Source of the DNA: Methanobacteriota archaeon
GTDB taxonomy: Archaea > Thermoplasmatota > Poseidoniia > Poseidoniales > Poseidoniaceae
Direction: 5' to 3'
Length of the DNA: 64,000 nt
Assembly (NCBI GenBank): GCA_018659375.1
Contig: JABJMO010000002.1
Span: forward strand, 9,465-73,464
Shown here: in pieces, positions 49,583 to 59,382 of the stretch
Position numbering within the stretch: the first letter of the stretch is position 1
Layout of the letters: each line of letters starts with the position of its first letter
Made by a program: the position numbers and the translations under genes
The notes under the pieces: generated by a model
What the model saw: only the letters and a program-made list of their open reading frames with translations
What the model was told of the DNA's origin: nothing
Database searches by the model: none

Positions 49583-50902
49583 GTGGTTGTGGAAACGGTG
49601 TCAAGGGACTTGAAATCTAGTGATTTCAGTGAAATAATTGTCATCCCTAAAATTGATTTAGAATCTATAGAATTTACTCTTCCGCCTTCAAAAAGTCATA
49701 TGATTAGGTTACTGGCCTTGGCATCATTGGGTGACGGAACAACAATGATAAAAGTAAATCATCCAATTGGTTTAGATACGAACTCTATGATTAGTTGTCT
49801 CAGGTCACTAGGTGTAGAGATTAATCAGGATAACCAAAATAATTGGATTGTATTTGGTATAGCAGATAAAGGGTTTAGATTAACCCAACCAACTGTCAAC
49901 TGCGGTAATTCAGGTACAGCAATGAGAATTTTGATGGCACTTACAGGCACAATGAATCAAACTATTATCCTTGAAGGTGACAGTTCACTATCCATGCGAG
50001 AAAATTCTGCCCTCAAGGATTCACTAAAATCAGCAGGAGTGTCTATAATGGAGACGACTAATAATCACCTTCCAGTAAAAATTTCTGGTCCTTGGTTTGC
50101 AGATGAATCGGTAATCTCTAAGATTGATCTTGACCTGACTAAGTCTAGTCAACCATTAACCGCTTGGTTGTTGGCAAGTCCTTTATTGAACCAAGAAGTA
50201 ATAGTGTCTCCAAGTAAATCCACAGTATCTAATAGACATCATAACCTAACCTTGAGATTATGCAATGAATTTGGAGCAAATATTAAAACAATAGATGGCC
50301 AATATCATCTAGGTAGTTGGAAAGTTAACACTCCAAAAGAGGTTATAGTCCCAGGTGACTCATCAATGGCAAGTTTTGCAATATTGCTTTCAAAGCTTCA
50401 TAACAATAAAATAAAGATAAATTTTTGGCCTGATGATAAAGATTGCTTAGGTAATGAGATACTGAAGAATAAGTCAAGTAATCTAGGTATAACTTGGCAG
50501 GGAAGTGAAATAAATTCTACTTCAAATGGCAGCATAGCAAATTATGATTTGACAGATTGTAATGATTTAATCACACCTCTTTCTGTAATAATCGCAATAT
50601 CATCCGGTGGAACCCTAACTGGTATAGGTCATACAAAGTATAAAGAGAGTAACAGGATTTCTAAAACCATATCGTTGATGGAAGATTTCGGTCTAAGCGC
50701 TTATTATGACGGCGGTATTTTGACAATTCCAGGTGGTCAGATACCAGAAACACCAACTGCAGCAGTATCTTCTCATAACGACCATAGGATCTTCATGACA
50801 GCAGTTGCTTTAATGACAAAATTTGGTGGTAAAGTAATTGGCAGGGGATTGCATAAAATTGCCGATCCCATGTTCCTAGACAGGCTAGGAATAATCGAAT
50901 GA
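49583..50902 (+). CDS. aroA: 3-phosphoshikimate 1-carboxyvinyltransferase (EPSP synthase)
   Basis: LPPSKSHMIRLLALASLGDG, NCGNSGTAMRILMAL, KESNRI and DHRIFMTAVAL. Confidence 0.85.
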   Translation: MVVETVSRDLKSSDFSEIIVIPKIDLESIEFTLPPSKSHMIRLLALASLGDGTTMIKVNHPIGLDTNSMISCLRSLGVEINQDNQNNWIVFGIADKGFRLTQPTVNCGNSGTAMRILMALTGTMNQTIILEGDSSLSMRENSALKDSLKSAGVSIMETTNNHLPVKISGPWFADESVISKIDLDLTKSSQPLTAWLLASPLLNQEVIVSPSKSTVSNRHHNLTLRLCNEFGANIKTIDGQYHLGSWKVNTPKEVIVPGDSSMASFAILLSKLHNNKIKINFWPDDKDCLGNEILKNKSSNLGITWQGSEINSTSNGSIANYDLTDCNDLITPLSVIIAISSGGTLTGIGHTKYKESNRISKTISLMEDFGLSAYYDGGILTIPGGQIPETPTAAVSSHNDHRIFMTAVALMTKFGGKVIGRGLHKIADPMFLDRLGIIE

Positions 50903-50903
50903 C

Positions 50904-52892
50904 TTAGCCATGACGGCCAAAATGATGGTCCAATGAATCAATATTGATTCTTAGCGCAGTTGGGCGGCCATGAACGCAAGCCCAGGGGTTTGGTATCCTC
51001 CTCATGTCATCAATTAGTCGCCTCATTTCAGACAAACTCAATTTTTCATTTGCCTTAACTGCACCACGACATGATTTCATGAAGGCAACGTGGTCTTGAA
51101 TTTTATCAAGAGTTGTTAGTGGTGAACCTTCATCTGATAAATCTTGTAACAAATCTTTGAATAATGGTTCGATATCCTTACCTTCAAGGAGCATTGGGTG
51201 AGATAGTAACGAAATTTTATCATTATCAGTGACTACTTCAAAACCCAACTCAAGTAATTTTTCTATAGAGGAATTTGCTACTGCAATTTGAACTTTTGTA
51301 GCCTCTATAACTAATGGGGAAATAAGTTTTTGAGCATCCCAACTATTTTCAATATTTTTCAAACGCTCGTACCTTACTCTTTCATGTAATGCATGCTGGT
51401 CTATAAGCAGTAATTCCTCTTCTGCTTGAACAATAATATAAGAATCAGCAAATTGTGCTAACGGCTCCATTTTACCCATTATATTAATCTCTGATTCTAA
51501 CGAGACCTCATCGTTTGGTGATACTGATTTTGCATTCTTAGCGTGCCGATGTAATTCTCTTTCCGCACTTGATAAGGCAGGTGAGATTGGAGCACTATCT
51601 AATCCGGGAAGTGTTTCTTGTGGTATTTCTGATTTAGACATAGGTCTTGCCTTATCAACAGATTTTGATTTTTCAACTTGACTACCACCTAGATTTAGCT
51701 GGACACCTGCTGCAATAGCCCACGCTGGTACAGGGTTATCAGATTCATTTTCACCATTGTTAACATTTCGACTAGGGTAGGTTAATTGTCCATCGTTTTG
51801 TGCTGGTAAAAGGGATTCTTGAATTGGATTAACATCACGATTAAGGGAGGCTAATCCGATGATTGATCCATCATTATCAGGTTCAGTGGCTACTTGTTCT
51901 AGAGTATTTGCAATGGCTCTTTCAAGACGTTCAAGAACTCTCCATGAGTGTTTCAACCTGACTTCACGTTTTGTTGGATGAACGTTAACGTCAACCTCTG
52001 ATGCTGGAATTTCTAATGAAAGCACCGCGATTGGATGCCGCCCTTGCATCAACCTCGTCTTATATCCTCGCCGAATTGATTGGTGGAATGGCCCTGAAGC
52101 GACTGGACGATCATTAATCAAAATGTAAACTTCATCTCCTTTACCTCTGGTAATATCTGGCGTGCTAATCCATCCAGACCATTTTTCTTTACCTGGTGCC
52201 TCAGAATCATGCTGGGGTGCTTCTAGTTCAATTAGTTCAGAGGCTTGTCCACCTAGTATGTCATAAAGACGATCTGCTAAATTTTCTGATTTTGGAACAT
52301 CAAGTATGGTTTTTTCGTCAGATATCAGTTTGAAACCGACTTCATTATTAGAAATCGCATGTGATACAATTACATCAACAATCTTGGCCCCTTCGGTTGC
52401 AGGTCGTCGTTGAAATGATAATCTGGCAGGGGTATTTTTGAATAGGTCTCTTACTGATATTGTAGTACCATATGACATTCCGCATTGTTCAATACTGTTC
52501 TTTTTACCAAACGATACGGTAATGCTATTGCCATTCTCGCCTTCTATACGGCTTGCTACGGTTAACAACGAGACCATTCCAATACTTGCTAATGCTTCAC
52601 CTCTAAACCCTAAAGTGTAAATTTCATTCAAGTCAGAAAAGTTGCTTAACTTTGAGGTAGCATGCCGGTCAACTGATAGAGGTACATCTTCTCTATTGAT
52701 ACCATGGCCATTATCATCAATCATTATCAGATCAAAACCACCATTTTCAATGGTAACTGTAATTTGACTGGCGTTAGCATCTAAACTATTCTCAATTAAT
52801 TCCTTTACTACCTGTGCGGGTCTTTCTACTACTTCTCCAGCAGCAATATGGCCAATTGTTTCATCATCTAGTTGTTGAATTCGTTTGACCAT
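50904..52892 (-). CDS. mutL: DNA mismatch repair protein MutL
   Basis: IAAGEVVERPAQVVKELIENSLDA, TLGFRGEALASI, VNVHPTKREVR, and the C-terminal endonuclease-type block LIDQHALHERVRYE...CVHGRPT. Confidence 0.95.
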   Translation of the reverse strand: MVKRIQQLDDETIGHIAAGEVVERPAQVVKELIENSLDANASQITVTIENGGFDLIMIDDNGHGINREDVPLSVDRHATSKLSNFSDLNEIYTLGFRGEALASIGMVSLLTVASRIEGENGNSITVSFGKKNSIEQCGMSYGTTISVRDLFKNTPARLSFQRRPATEGAKIVDVIVSHAISNNEVGFKLISDEKTILDVPKSENLADRLYDILGGQASELIELEAPQHDSEAPGKEKWSGWISTPDITRGKGDEVYILINDRPVASGPFHQSIRRGYKTRLMQGRHPIAVLSLEIPASEVDVNVHPTKREVRLKHSWRVLERLERAIANTLEQVATEPDNDGSIIGLASLNRDVNPIQESLLPAQNDGQLTYPSRNVNNGENESDNPVPAWAIAAGVQLNLGGSQVEKSKSVDKARPMSKSEIPQETLPGLDSAPISPALSSAERELHRHAKNAKSVSPNDEVSLESEINIMGKMEPLAQFADSYIIVQAEEELLLIDQHALHERVRYERLKNIENSWDAQKLISPLVIEATKVQIAVANSSIEKLLELGFEVVTDNDKISLLSHPMLLEGKDIEPLFKDLLQDLSDEGSPLTTLDKIQDHVAFMKSCRGAVKANEKLSLSEMRRLIDDMRRIPNPWACVHGRPTALRINIDSLDHHFGRHG

Positions 52893-52894
52893 TA

Positions 52895-55540
52895 TCAGAT
52901 ACCTCCCAAAAGATTCTTTGCTTCATACAATGCATTCATCGCTTCTTTAGGAGACATTTCGTCAATCTCTAAATGCTCTAAAAATTCTATTAATTTAGAT
53001 TCTAAATGGTGATTAGAAGCATCGTTATTTTCCTCATTAACCATCGAAGCTGCAGCAAAATAACTCATCAAACTACTCTGGCCAATATCTCTAACTCCCG
53101 GTGATGATGAATCTCCTGCTTTGGCACCATATGCCTGCTTTTCTAAAAACTGTAATAGGTCAGTTGCCCTTTCAACAACGCCTCTTGGTAGCCCAGCAAG
53201 CGCTGCGACTTGAATCCCATAAGAATCATCGCAAGACCCATCTGCTACGGTATGAAGGAATTTCAATTTTCCATCAACATAAGAAACTTGCACGTGAATA
53301 TTTTTTAATATCTCAACATCGTTTTCCAAACCAATCAATTGATGATAATGAGTGGCAAATAGAGTTCGACATCTTATTCTTCGGCAAATGTCTTCAGTTA
53401 CCGCCCAAGCTATCGATAGTCCATCAAAAGTGGAAGTTCCTCGACCTATCTCATCGAGTAAAACAAGAGATTTATTGGTAGCCTTTCTTAGAATATGCGC
53501 TACTTCAATCATTTCCATCATAAATGTCGATCTGCCTCTTCTAAGGTCATCGCTTGCCCCCACTCTGGTAAATATTCGGTCAACTAAACCTATTTTGGCG
53601 CCCTGTGCAGGGACAAAACTACCCGATTGACCAAGTATTGCAAGTAATGCTGCAGATCGTAAATAGGTAGATTTACCACCCATGTTTGGTCCAGTAATCA
53701 ATAAGAACTTCTTCTTAGTATCCATCCTTATATCATTAGGAACAAAACCAGAGTTTTGTTCTAAAACAGGGTGTCTAGATTGTTTCACAGTAAAATTATC
53801 AGACTCAACAATTTCCGGTTTAATCCAATTTCTCTTTCTAGCAACCGTAGCAAAACATTGCAGAACATCTATTGCAGCAACCTTTCCAGCAATCTTTGCC
53901 AGTGTATTAGCATTATTTCTACAACGTTCCCTCAGCGATTGAAATAATTGATACTCCAAGTTCTTTATTTTTGAATCAGCAGTTAATAATAAATCGTCTC
54001 TTTCAATTATTTCTTGAGTGGTATATCTTGAACCATTAGTCATTTGTTGTTTCCTAATCCATATTTCTGGAACCTTTGACAAGTGTGAATTAGTTACCTC
54101 TATGAACCATCCAATTTGACGGTTATTACGAATTTTTAGGGAATGTATGTCTAAATCTTTCTTTAATTTCATCTCTAGATTACGAAACCAAGTGTGTCCC
54201 TCTGCTGATTTTAATTTCAATTCGTCTAGATCTTTATTTACTCCAGTTCTTATTATGGCACCATCTCTCAGTCCCAGTGGTGGCTCATCAACAATTGTTC
54301 TCATGATATCCTCAGCCATCTCATTTAATGATGATAAGTCATTAGTTAGATGATTCAGTAATTGATCTTCTACTTGGCAGCACAAACCGACAATTGCCGG
54401 CATTCTTTCCAATGCAAGAGCGGTTGCTTGTAAATCTCTTGCGTTGCTCTTATTGTACGCTAATTGTGTCGCTAACCTTTCTAGGTCCCTAAGGCCGTTA
54501 AGTGCCATTCTAATCTGGTCCAATCTCTTAGATGAAGATTTCAATGATTTGACTGCATTGTGACGTAATTCGATTGCATCCATTTGATACAATGGTCTCA
54601 ACAACCAGGTTTTTAGTAATCTCCTACCCATTGCTGTGCGACAGTAATTCATGCTCGAGATTAGACTCCCATCATACTCTCCAGCTAAAGTCGAGGTAAT
54701 CTCTAAGTTTCTAAGTGTTGTTTGATCGACTACTAAATGTCCTGTTTCATCCATTATCTGAATATCTCTTATTGGTATTTCATTTTTCAAGTGAACTACG
54801 GCAAGATAGTCTGCAGCAAAACCTGCTGCTTCTATTGATAACGGTGAATTATCTAAATCTAGGTGACCTAGGTCTGAGACCTGTAATATTGATTCTAAGC
54901 GAGAGATTCTACGTTTCTTACTCACTGAATGTTGTGATATCACGCAGCTTTCAAGATTAGAAAATATACTGATAAGTTCATTATTAGAAGCATCTTTTGG
55001 GGAGACAATAATTTCTGCAGGAGTCCATCTAAGTAATTCATCCTCTAAATTAGAAAATTTCTCTTGACCTTTCCATGTTGAAGCCCATGATTCACCTGTA
55101 GAGGAGTCAATAATGGCCATGCTAAGAGATGACTTCTCCGTAACAATAGCAGCCAAGACGCTTCTTTCATTGGTTGATAATAGTGATTCTTCATACAGGC
55201 TACCAGGAGTATATACTCTTGTAACTACCCTTTCGAGTAATTTAGCACCTTCTCTTAATTCTTGTTCTTGTTCGGCTACTGTTACTTTAAAACCTGATTT
55301 TAGCATAATTCTAAGATTATCTTCAAGTGCATGCCATGGGAAACCAGCCATTGGTATTGGATTTGCAGATTTCTTATCTCTAGATGTAAGAGTTAAGCCA
55401 AGAACTGGAGACGCAATCTCTGCATCTTTATGAAATAGTTCATAAAAGTCCCCCATCCTGAAAAAAAGAATAGTTTCTGGATGATTTTCTTTTATTTCCA
55501 TGAATTGGTCCATCATAGTTCTCTTCGACAATAGACTCAC
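52895..55540 (-). CDS. mutS: DNA mismatch repair protein MutS
   Basis: FFRMGDFYELF (mismatch-binding Phe-x-Glu context), ITGPNMGGKSTYLR (Walker A), LVLLDEIGRGTSTFDG and FATHYH. GTG start at 55540. The mutL start lies 3 nt downstream of the mutS stop. Confidence 0.95.
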   Translation of the reverse strand: MSLLSKRTMMDQFMEIKENHPETILFFRMGDFYELFHKDAEIASPVLGLTLTSRDKKSANPIPMAGFPWHALEDNLRIMLKSGFKVTVAEQEQELREGAKLLERVVTRVYTPGSLYEESLLSTNERSVLAAIVTEKSSLSMAIIDSSTGESWASTWKGQEKFSNLEDELLRWTPAEIIVSPKDASNNELISIFSNLESCVISQHSVSKKRRISRLESILQVSDLGHLDLDNSPLSIEAAGFAADYLAVVHLKNEIPIRDIQIMDETGHLVVDQTTLRNLEITSTLAGEYDGSLISSMNYCRTAMGRRLLKTWLLRPLYQMDAIELRHNAVKSLKSSSKRLDQIRMALNGLRDLERLATQLAYNKSNARDLQATALALERMPAIVGLCCQVEDQLLNHLTNDLSSLNEMAEDIMRTIVDEPPLGLRDGAIIRTGVNKDLDELKLKSAEGHTWFRNLEMKLKKDLDIHSLKIRNNRQIGWFIEVTNSHLSKVPEIWIRKQQMTNGSRYTTQEIIERDDLLLTADSKIKNLEYQLFQSLRERCRNNANTLAKIAGKVAAIDVLQCFATVARKRNWIKPEIVESDNFTVKQSRHPVLEQNSGFVPNDIRMDTKKKFLLITGPNMGGKSTYLRSAALLAILGQSGSFVPAQGAKIGLVDRIFTRVGASDDLRRGRSTFMMEMIEVAHILRKATNKSLVLLDEIGRGTSTFDGLSIAWAVTEDICRRIRCRTLFATHYHQLIGLENDVEILKNIHVQVSYVDGKLKFLHTVADGSCDDSYGIQVAALAGLPRGVVERATDLLQFLEKQAYGAKAGDSSSPGVRDIGQSSLMSYFAAASMVNEENNDASNHHLESKLIEFLEHLEIDEMSPKEAMNALYEAKNLLGGI

Positions 55541-55626
55541 CTCACACCGCAGGATTTAGTGGTCGTCGACCACAGCAAATGAAGGTTGTCAAACTATTTA
55601 TTTTAAAATAGTAATTTGTTTATGCT

Positions 55627-56895
55627 TTATTGGCGAAATCTATCATATATATTGATAGCCATAACTGAAAAAATTATCAATGACACGATAATGAATGAGA
55701 GATTCAAAAAACCTCTGCCCGATTCTATAGAACCTACTGCAGAGGTGTCAAAAGTCAAAACCTTAGAGGTTCCAGAATCGTCTGTCCCATGGAGGTATAT
55801 TGTTTCTCCATCAAATCCACTTGATTCTACAGTTAATGGTAGTTCGTGTGGCAACTTCATTATCTCATGGTTGTCTTCTGATATTCGAAGCACAGAACGA
55901 GAGTCCATGCCATTAAACAACCATGCGCTATTACAATCATCACTTATTGCAGCAACACTAGCAAAGTCAATTTTTTCTGCCGAATTAGTTACGTGATTAA
56001 ATCGGATTGTCTCGTAAGTGCCTGCAATGATAACTTCATCATGATTGTAGTGAATTATCGAATGGTATTCTCCAACTTCTTTAGTGTCTATTGGTGATAG
56101 GTAGTTGATCATTGGAGCAGTGTATCCTCCGCTCCAAATAATTGAGGCGTAAACGGGATGGATTGAAGGTGTTGCGGGGCTATCATCTCCGACACTTGGT
56201 GAAGGAAGGTAAACCCCCGTTGCAATCCATAGTTGGTCGCTAATACTAGCTACTTTTTGCCACTCTACATTATGATTGTCAGGTGTAGGGGAACTTGTAA
56301 TTCCGTTAGAATCAAGGCCGCGAAAACCATATTTTCCATCTGCTTCATTTGTCAACATCAAAAGGTTATCATTGCTCTTCTGTTGATTTTCAACAATATG
56401 TTTGATAGCGAAAAAGTCATCTCCGAAATTAGTTTCAAACGGGAATATATTGCCGTCTTGGATTAACAGCATCGATGAACCTTCTTGAGGAATTATGATG
56501 CTGTCATTTGATAATTTAGCCATAAAATCAATTAAACTCGCATCATGGTTTGAATTTGGTCCAATTACAGTGGAAGAATCTCCATTATTAGTCCAAATCA
56601 AGTGATAATCACCTTGGCTATAGGTCAATAGATAGTTTTCATTTTCATCAATGTATGTTGATTCCATTATTCTAAAATCATCCCCAATTTCATTATCCAG
56701 CAAATCTATACCAGGGATAAAACTGGTACCTTTTATCATCATAGCACCAAGAATTATGAATACAAAGAATACTCCTATGGCAAGCCACTGATGCTCAGAC
56801 TCCTGTTTCAGCATCTGCTTCCAGACCTTCGCCATGTTAGTTCGTGGATGATATAGCACATCAAGCCTTTCACTATTATCGATTCTAAATCCCAA
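55627..56895 (-). CDS. Hypothetical membrane protein (N- and C-terminal TM helices, beta-rich extracellular middle)
   Basis: TM WLAIGVFFVFIILGAMMI near the N-terminus and LNLSFIIVSLIIFSVMAINI at the C-terminus. No family recognised. TTG start at 56895, with ATG 56835 as the alternative. Confidence 0.5.
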   Translation of the reverse strand: MGFRIDNSERLDVLYHPRTNMAKVWKQMLKQESEHQWLAIGVFFVFIILGAMMIKGTSFIPGIDLLDNEIGDDFRIMESTYIDENENYLLTYSQGDYHLIWTNNGDSSTVIGPNSNHDASLIDFMAKLSNDSIIIPQEGSSMLLIQDGNIFPFETNFGDDFFAIKHIVENQQKSNDNLLMLTNEADGKYGFRGLDSNGITSSPTPDNHNVEWQKVASISDQLWIATGVYLPSPSVGDDSPATPSIHPVYASIIWSGGYTAPMINYLSPIDTKEVGEYHSIIHYNHDEVIIAGTYETIRFNHVTNSAEKIDFASVAAISDDCNSAWLFNGMDSRSVLRISEDNHEIMKLPHELPLTVESSGFDGETIYLHGTDDSGTSKVLTFDTSAVGSIESGRGFLNLSFIIVSLIIFSVMAINIYDRFRQ

Positions 56896-56975
56896 ATTCC
56901 TAATTTCTAATTGCAGCCGCCTTGCGGAGGGATGATAAAGGGAACATCATTCGCAAGAATGCTTGGAGGCATACT

Positions 56976-57515
56976 ATGGCACGTAAACCAGCATCAATGT
57001 ACCGCAGATTAAAGGGTCCTGCATATACTAGAAGGAAGTATATTGGCGGTGTTCCAAACAATAGAATTCACCAATTCCACGTTGGAAACCGTGTTGCTGC
57101 GGAGACAGGCAAGTTCCCAGTAGTACTGGAACTGATCGCTGATAATAGCTGTCAAATCAGACACACTGCTTTAGAAGCAGCCCGTGTTATTTCTAACTCT
57201 ACCATCAGAAACGGCGCCGGTCCACAAGGCTATGCGCTTAGAATTCACACTTTCCCACACCACGTGTTAAGAGAAAACAAACAAGCAACTGGTGCCGGTG
57301 CAGACCGTGTATCACAAGGTATGCGCTGTGCTTTTGGAAAGAATGTCGGGACTGCAGCAAGAGTAAAACGTGGGCAGAGGGTAATATCAATCCAAGTTAA
57401 CCCAGAATTTTACCTAACAGCAAGAGATGCTTTGAGAAAGGCATACATGAAGTTCCCAACCCCTTGTACGATTAGATTAGTCAAGGGACACGAGCATTTG
57501 AAAGGTTTGATTTGA
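56976..57515 (+). CDS. rpl10e: 50S ribosomal protein L10e (uL16)
   Basis: MARKPASMYRRLKGPAYTRRKYIGGVP...LRIHTFPHHVLRENK is the typical archaeal L10e sequence. GGAGG (56965-56969) lies 6 nt upstream of ATG 56976, so the track's longer ORF from 56922 is rejected. Confidence 0.9.
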   Translation: MARKPASMYRRLKGPAYTRRKYIGGVPNNRIHQFHVGNRVAAETGKFPVVLELIADNSCQIRHTALEAARVISNSTIRNGAGPQGYALRIHTFPHHVLRENKQATGAGADRVSQGMRCAFGKNVGTAARVKRGQRVISIQVNPEFYLTARDALRKAYMKFPTPCTIRLVKGHEHLKGLI

Positions 57516-57596
57516 CTACAGCATGTGACTTATTGGTCTTTAGAGGCCAATATAGACAAAGTGTTTGAAAGGTACTTTATTTTGGAGAAGGTTATA

Positions 57597-57601
57597 GGAG
57601 G
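57597..57601 (+). promoter_or_regulatory. Shine-Dalgarno-like box upstream of the proposed ATT start of ABCE1
   Basis: GGAGG lies 8 nt upstream of ATT 57610. An in-frame TAG at 57595-57597 closes the frame immediately upstream. Confidence 0.45.
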
Positions 57602-57609
57602 GATTTCTT

Positions 57610-59379
57610 ATTAGGATTGCAGTATTAATCGAAGACCGCTGTAAGCCCAATAGTAACGCATACGACTACTTGAAAAAGTGGTCAGGAACTTGCGGTGGGG
57701 AATGTATACAAGTCCATGGAGATAAGTGCAAAATTCTAGAATCTGCATGTCCTCCGTGCATTGTTAGAGCAAAACACTGTCCAGATGATGCAGTAGTGAT
57801 TATTAATTTGCCAGCAGAATTAGAAACTGATATGATTCATAGATTTTCACTCAATGGCTTTAGATTATTTAAATTGCCAACTCCGTCAAAAGATAGTGTA
57901 GTTGGTATTTTAGGCCCGAATGGAATGGGTAAATCTACAGCGATTAATGCTCTCTCAGGACGTCTTGTGCCAAATTTAGGAGATTGGGAAAATGATTCTC
58001 CAGATTGGGCTGATATCATTGAAACTCTTCCTAGGGGTGAACTGAGAGACTTTTTGCTTTCAGTAAAAAAAGATGAAGTAAAAATTGCGGTCAAGCCTCA
58101 AAATGTCGATAAATTACCCAAAAGAATTGATGGAACAGTTCGAAATTTATTGTCTAAAGTAGATGAAAGGAAAATCTTTGACGATGTAACAAAAGAACTA
58201 GGATTAAATCAATTACTAGACAGGGAGATTCAACAACTTTCTGGCGGAGAATTACAACGCATGGCGATATGTGCAACATTAATGAGGGAAGCAGATGTTT
58301 ATTTCTTTGATGAACCATCCTCATACCTAGATATCTATCAACGGATGAAGATAGTTAAAATAATACAAAAGCTATCGGAAACCAAACGTGTGATAGTTAT
58401 CGAACACGACTTAGCAGTCTTGGATGTATTAGCAGATTTGGTACATATCGTATATGGTAAAAAAGGTGCCTTTGGAGTATTTACTCCTGCTAGAACTACA
58501 AGACAGGCCATCAACGCTTACCTTGATGGATTTTTAACCGAGCAAAATGTAAGAATAAGGAGTAAACCAATAAAATTCCTCACCCATCGTGACAGAAGTA
58601 CCGGTGTTGGTAGCAAGATTGTATCATGGTCTAATATCAAAAAAACTCTTGGTGAATTTACCTTAGAAACACAGGAAGGTTCAGTACACCGAGGCGAAGT
58701 TGTTGGTGTAGTTGGTCCAAACGGGACAGGTAAGTCAACAATGATGAAAATTCTAGCAGGCCTAATCGAATATGAGGATGGATGGGTCGACCAAAATCCA
58801 AAAATATCTTACAAGCCTCAACACATAGATGTCGACATCGATTGTAGTGTTCAACTATGGCTAGATAGTGAAATTGGTGCAAGATGGAGAAGTGGTGAAT
58901 TCAACGTAAATGTAATCAAAGCATTGGGTGTTGATAAATTACTACCTAAACGAGTTAAGAAATTGTCGGGCGGAGAAAGACAAGCAGTCTCTATTGCAAT
59001 ATGTCTGGGACGAGAAGCCGACCTATATTTGCTCGATGAACCATCCGCTCATCTTGATGCAAGTGCTCGAATGGAGGCAGCAAAGGCCATAAGAAGAACC
59101 ATGGAATCAAACGGAAAGTCAGCTTTTGTTATCGATCACGATGTATATTTTATCGACATTTTAAGTGATTCATTGTTAGTTTTTGATGGTGTGGGGGGTA
59201 CTCATGGAATTGCCAAAGGCCCATTCCCGCTTCGAGAAGGTATGAATCAATTCTTAGAGAATGTGAATATTACTTTCAGAAGAGACCACGACTCTAAGCG
59301 TCCAAGAATAAATAAGCCAGATAGTAGGAAAGATAGGGAGCAACAATCTTCTGGAGATTACTACTCATTTGATTCATGA
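57610..59379 (+). CDS. abce1: ABCE1 / RNase L inhibitor-type ribosome-recycling ABC ATPase (Fe-S domain + twin NBDs)
   Basis: GPNGMGKST / LSGGELQR / YFFDEPSS and GPNGTGKST / LSGGERQA / YLLDEPSA give twin NBDs. The in-frame upstream codons read (I)RIAVLIEDRCKP, the conserved ABCE1 N-terminus. I therefore extended the 5' end from the track's TTG 57670 to ATT 57610 (see findings). Confidence 0.88.
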   Translation: MRIAVLIEDRCKPNSNAYDYLKKWSGTCGGECIQVHGDKCKILESACPPCIVRAKHCPDDAVVIINLPAELETDMIHRFSLNGFRLFKLPTPSKDSVVGILGPNGMGKSTAINALSGRLVPNLGDWENDSPDWADIIETLPRGELRDFLLSVKKDEVKIAVKPQNVDKLPKRIDGTVRNLLSKVDERKIFDDVTKELGLNQLLDREIQQLSGGELQRMAICATLMREADVYFFDEPSSYLDIYQRMKIVKIIQKLSETKRVIVIEHDLAVLDVLADLVHIVYGKKGAFGVFTPARTTRQAINAYLDGFLTEQNVRIRSKPIKFLTHRDRSTGVGSKIVSWSNIKKTLGEFTLETQEGSVHRGEVVGVVGPNGTGKSTMMKILAGLIEYEDGWVDQNPKISYKPQHIDVDIDCSVQLWLDSEIGARWRSGEFNVNVIKALGVDKLLPKRVKKLSGGERQAVSIAICLGREADLYLLDEPSAHLDASARMEAAKAIRRTMESNGKSAFVIDHDVYFIDILSDSLLVFDGVGGTHGIAKGPFPLREGMNQFLENVNITFRRDHDSKRPRINKPDSRKDREQQSSGDYYSFDS

Positions 59380-59382
59380 AAG

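Noticed and set aside
56922-56975. 18-codon N-terminal extension of L10e in the track (MRRDDKGNIIRKNAWRHT).
   Set aside because: The conserved L10e N-terminus begins at MARKPASMYR, and GGAGG sits 6 nt upstream of that ATG (56976).
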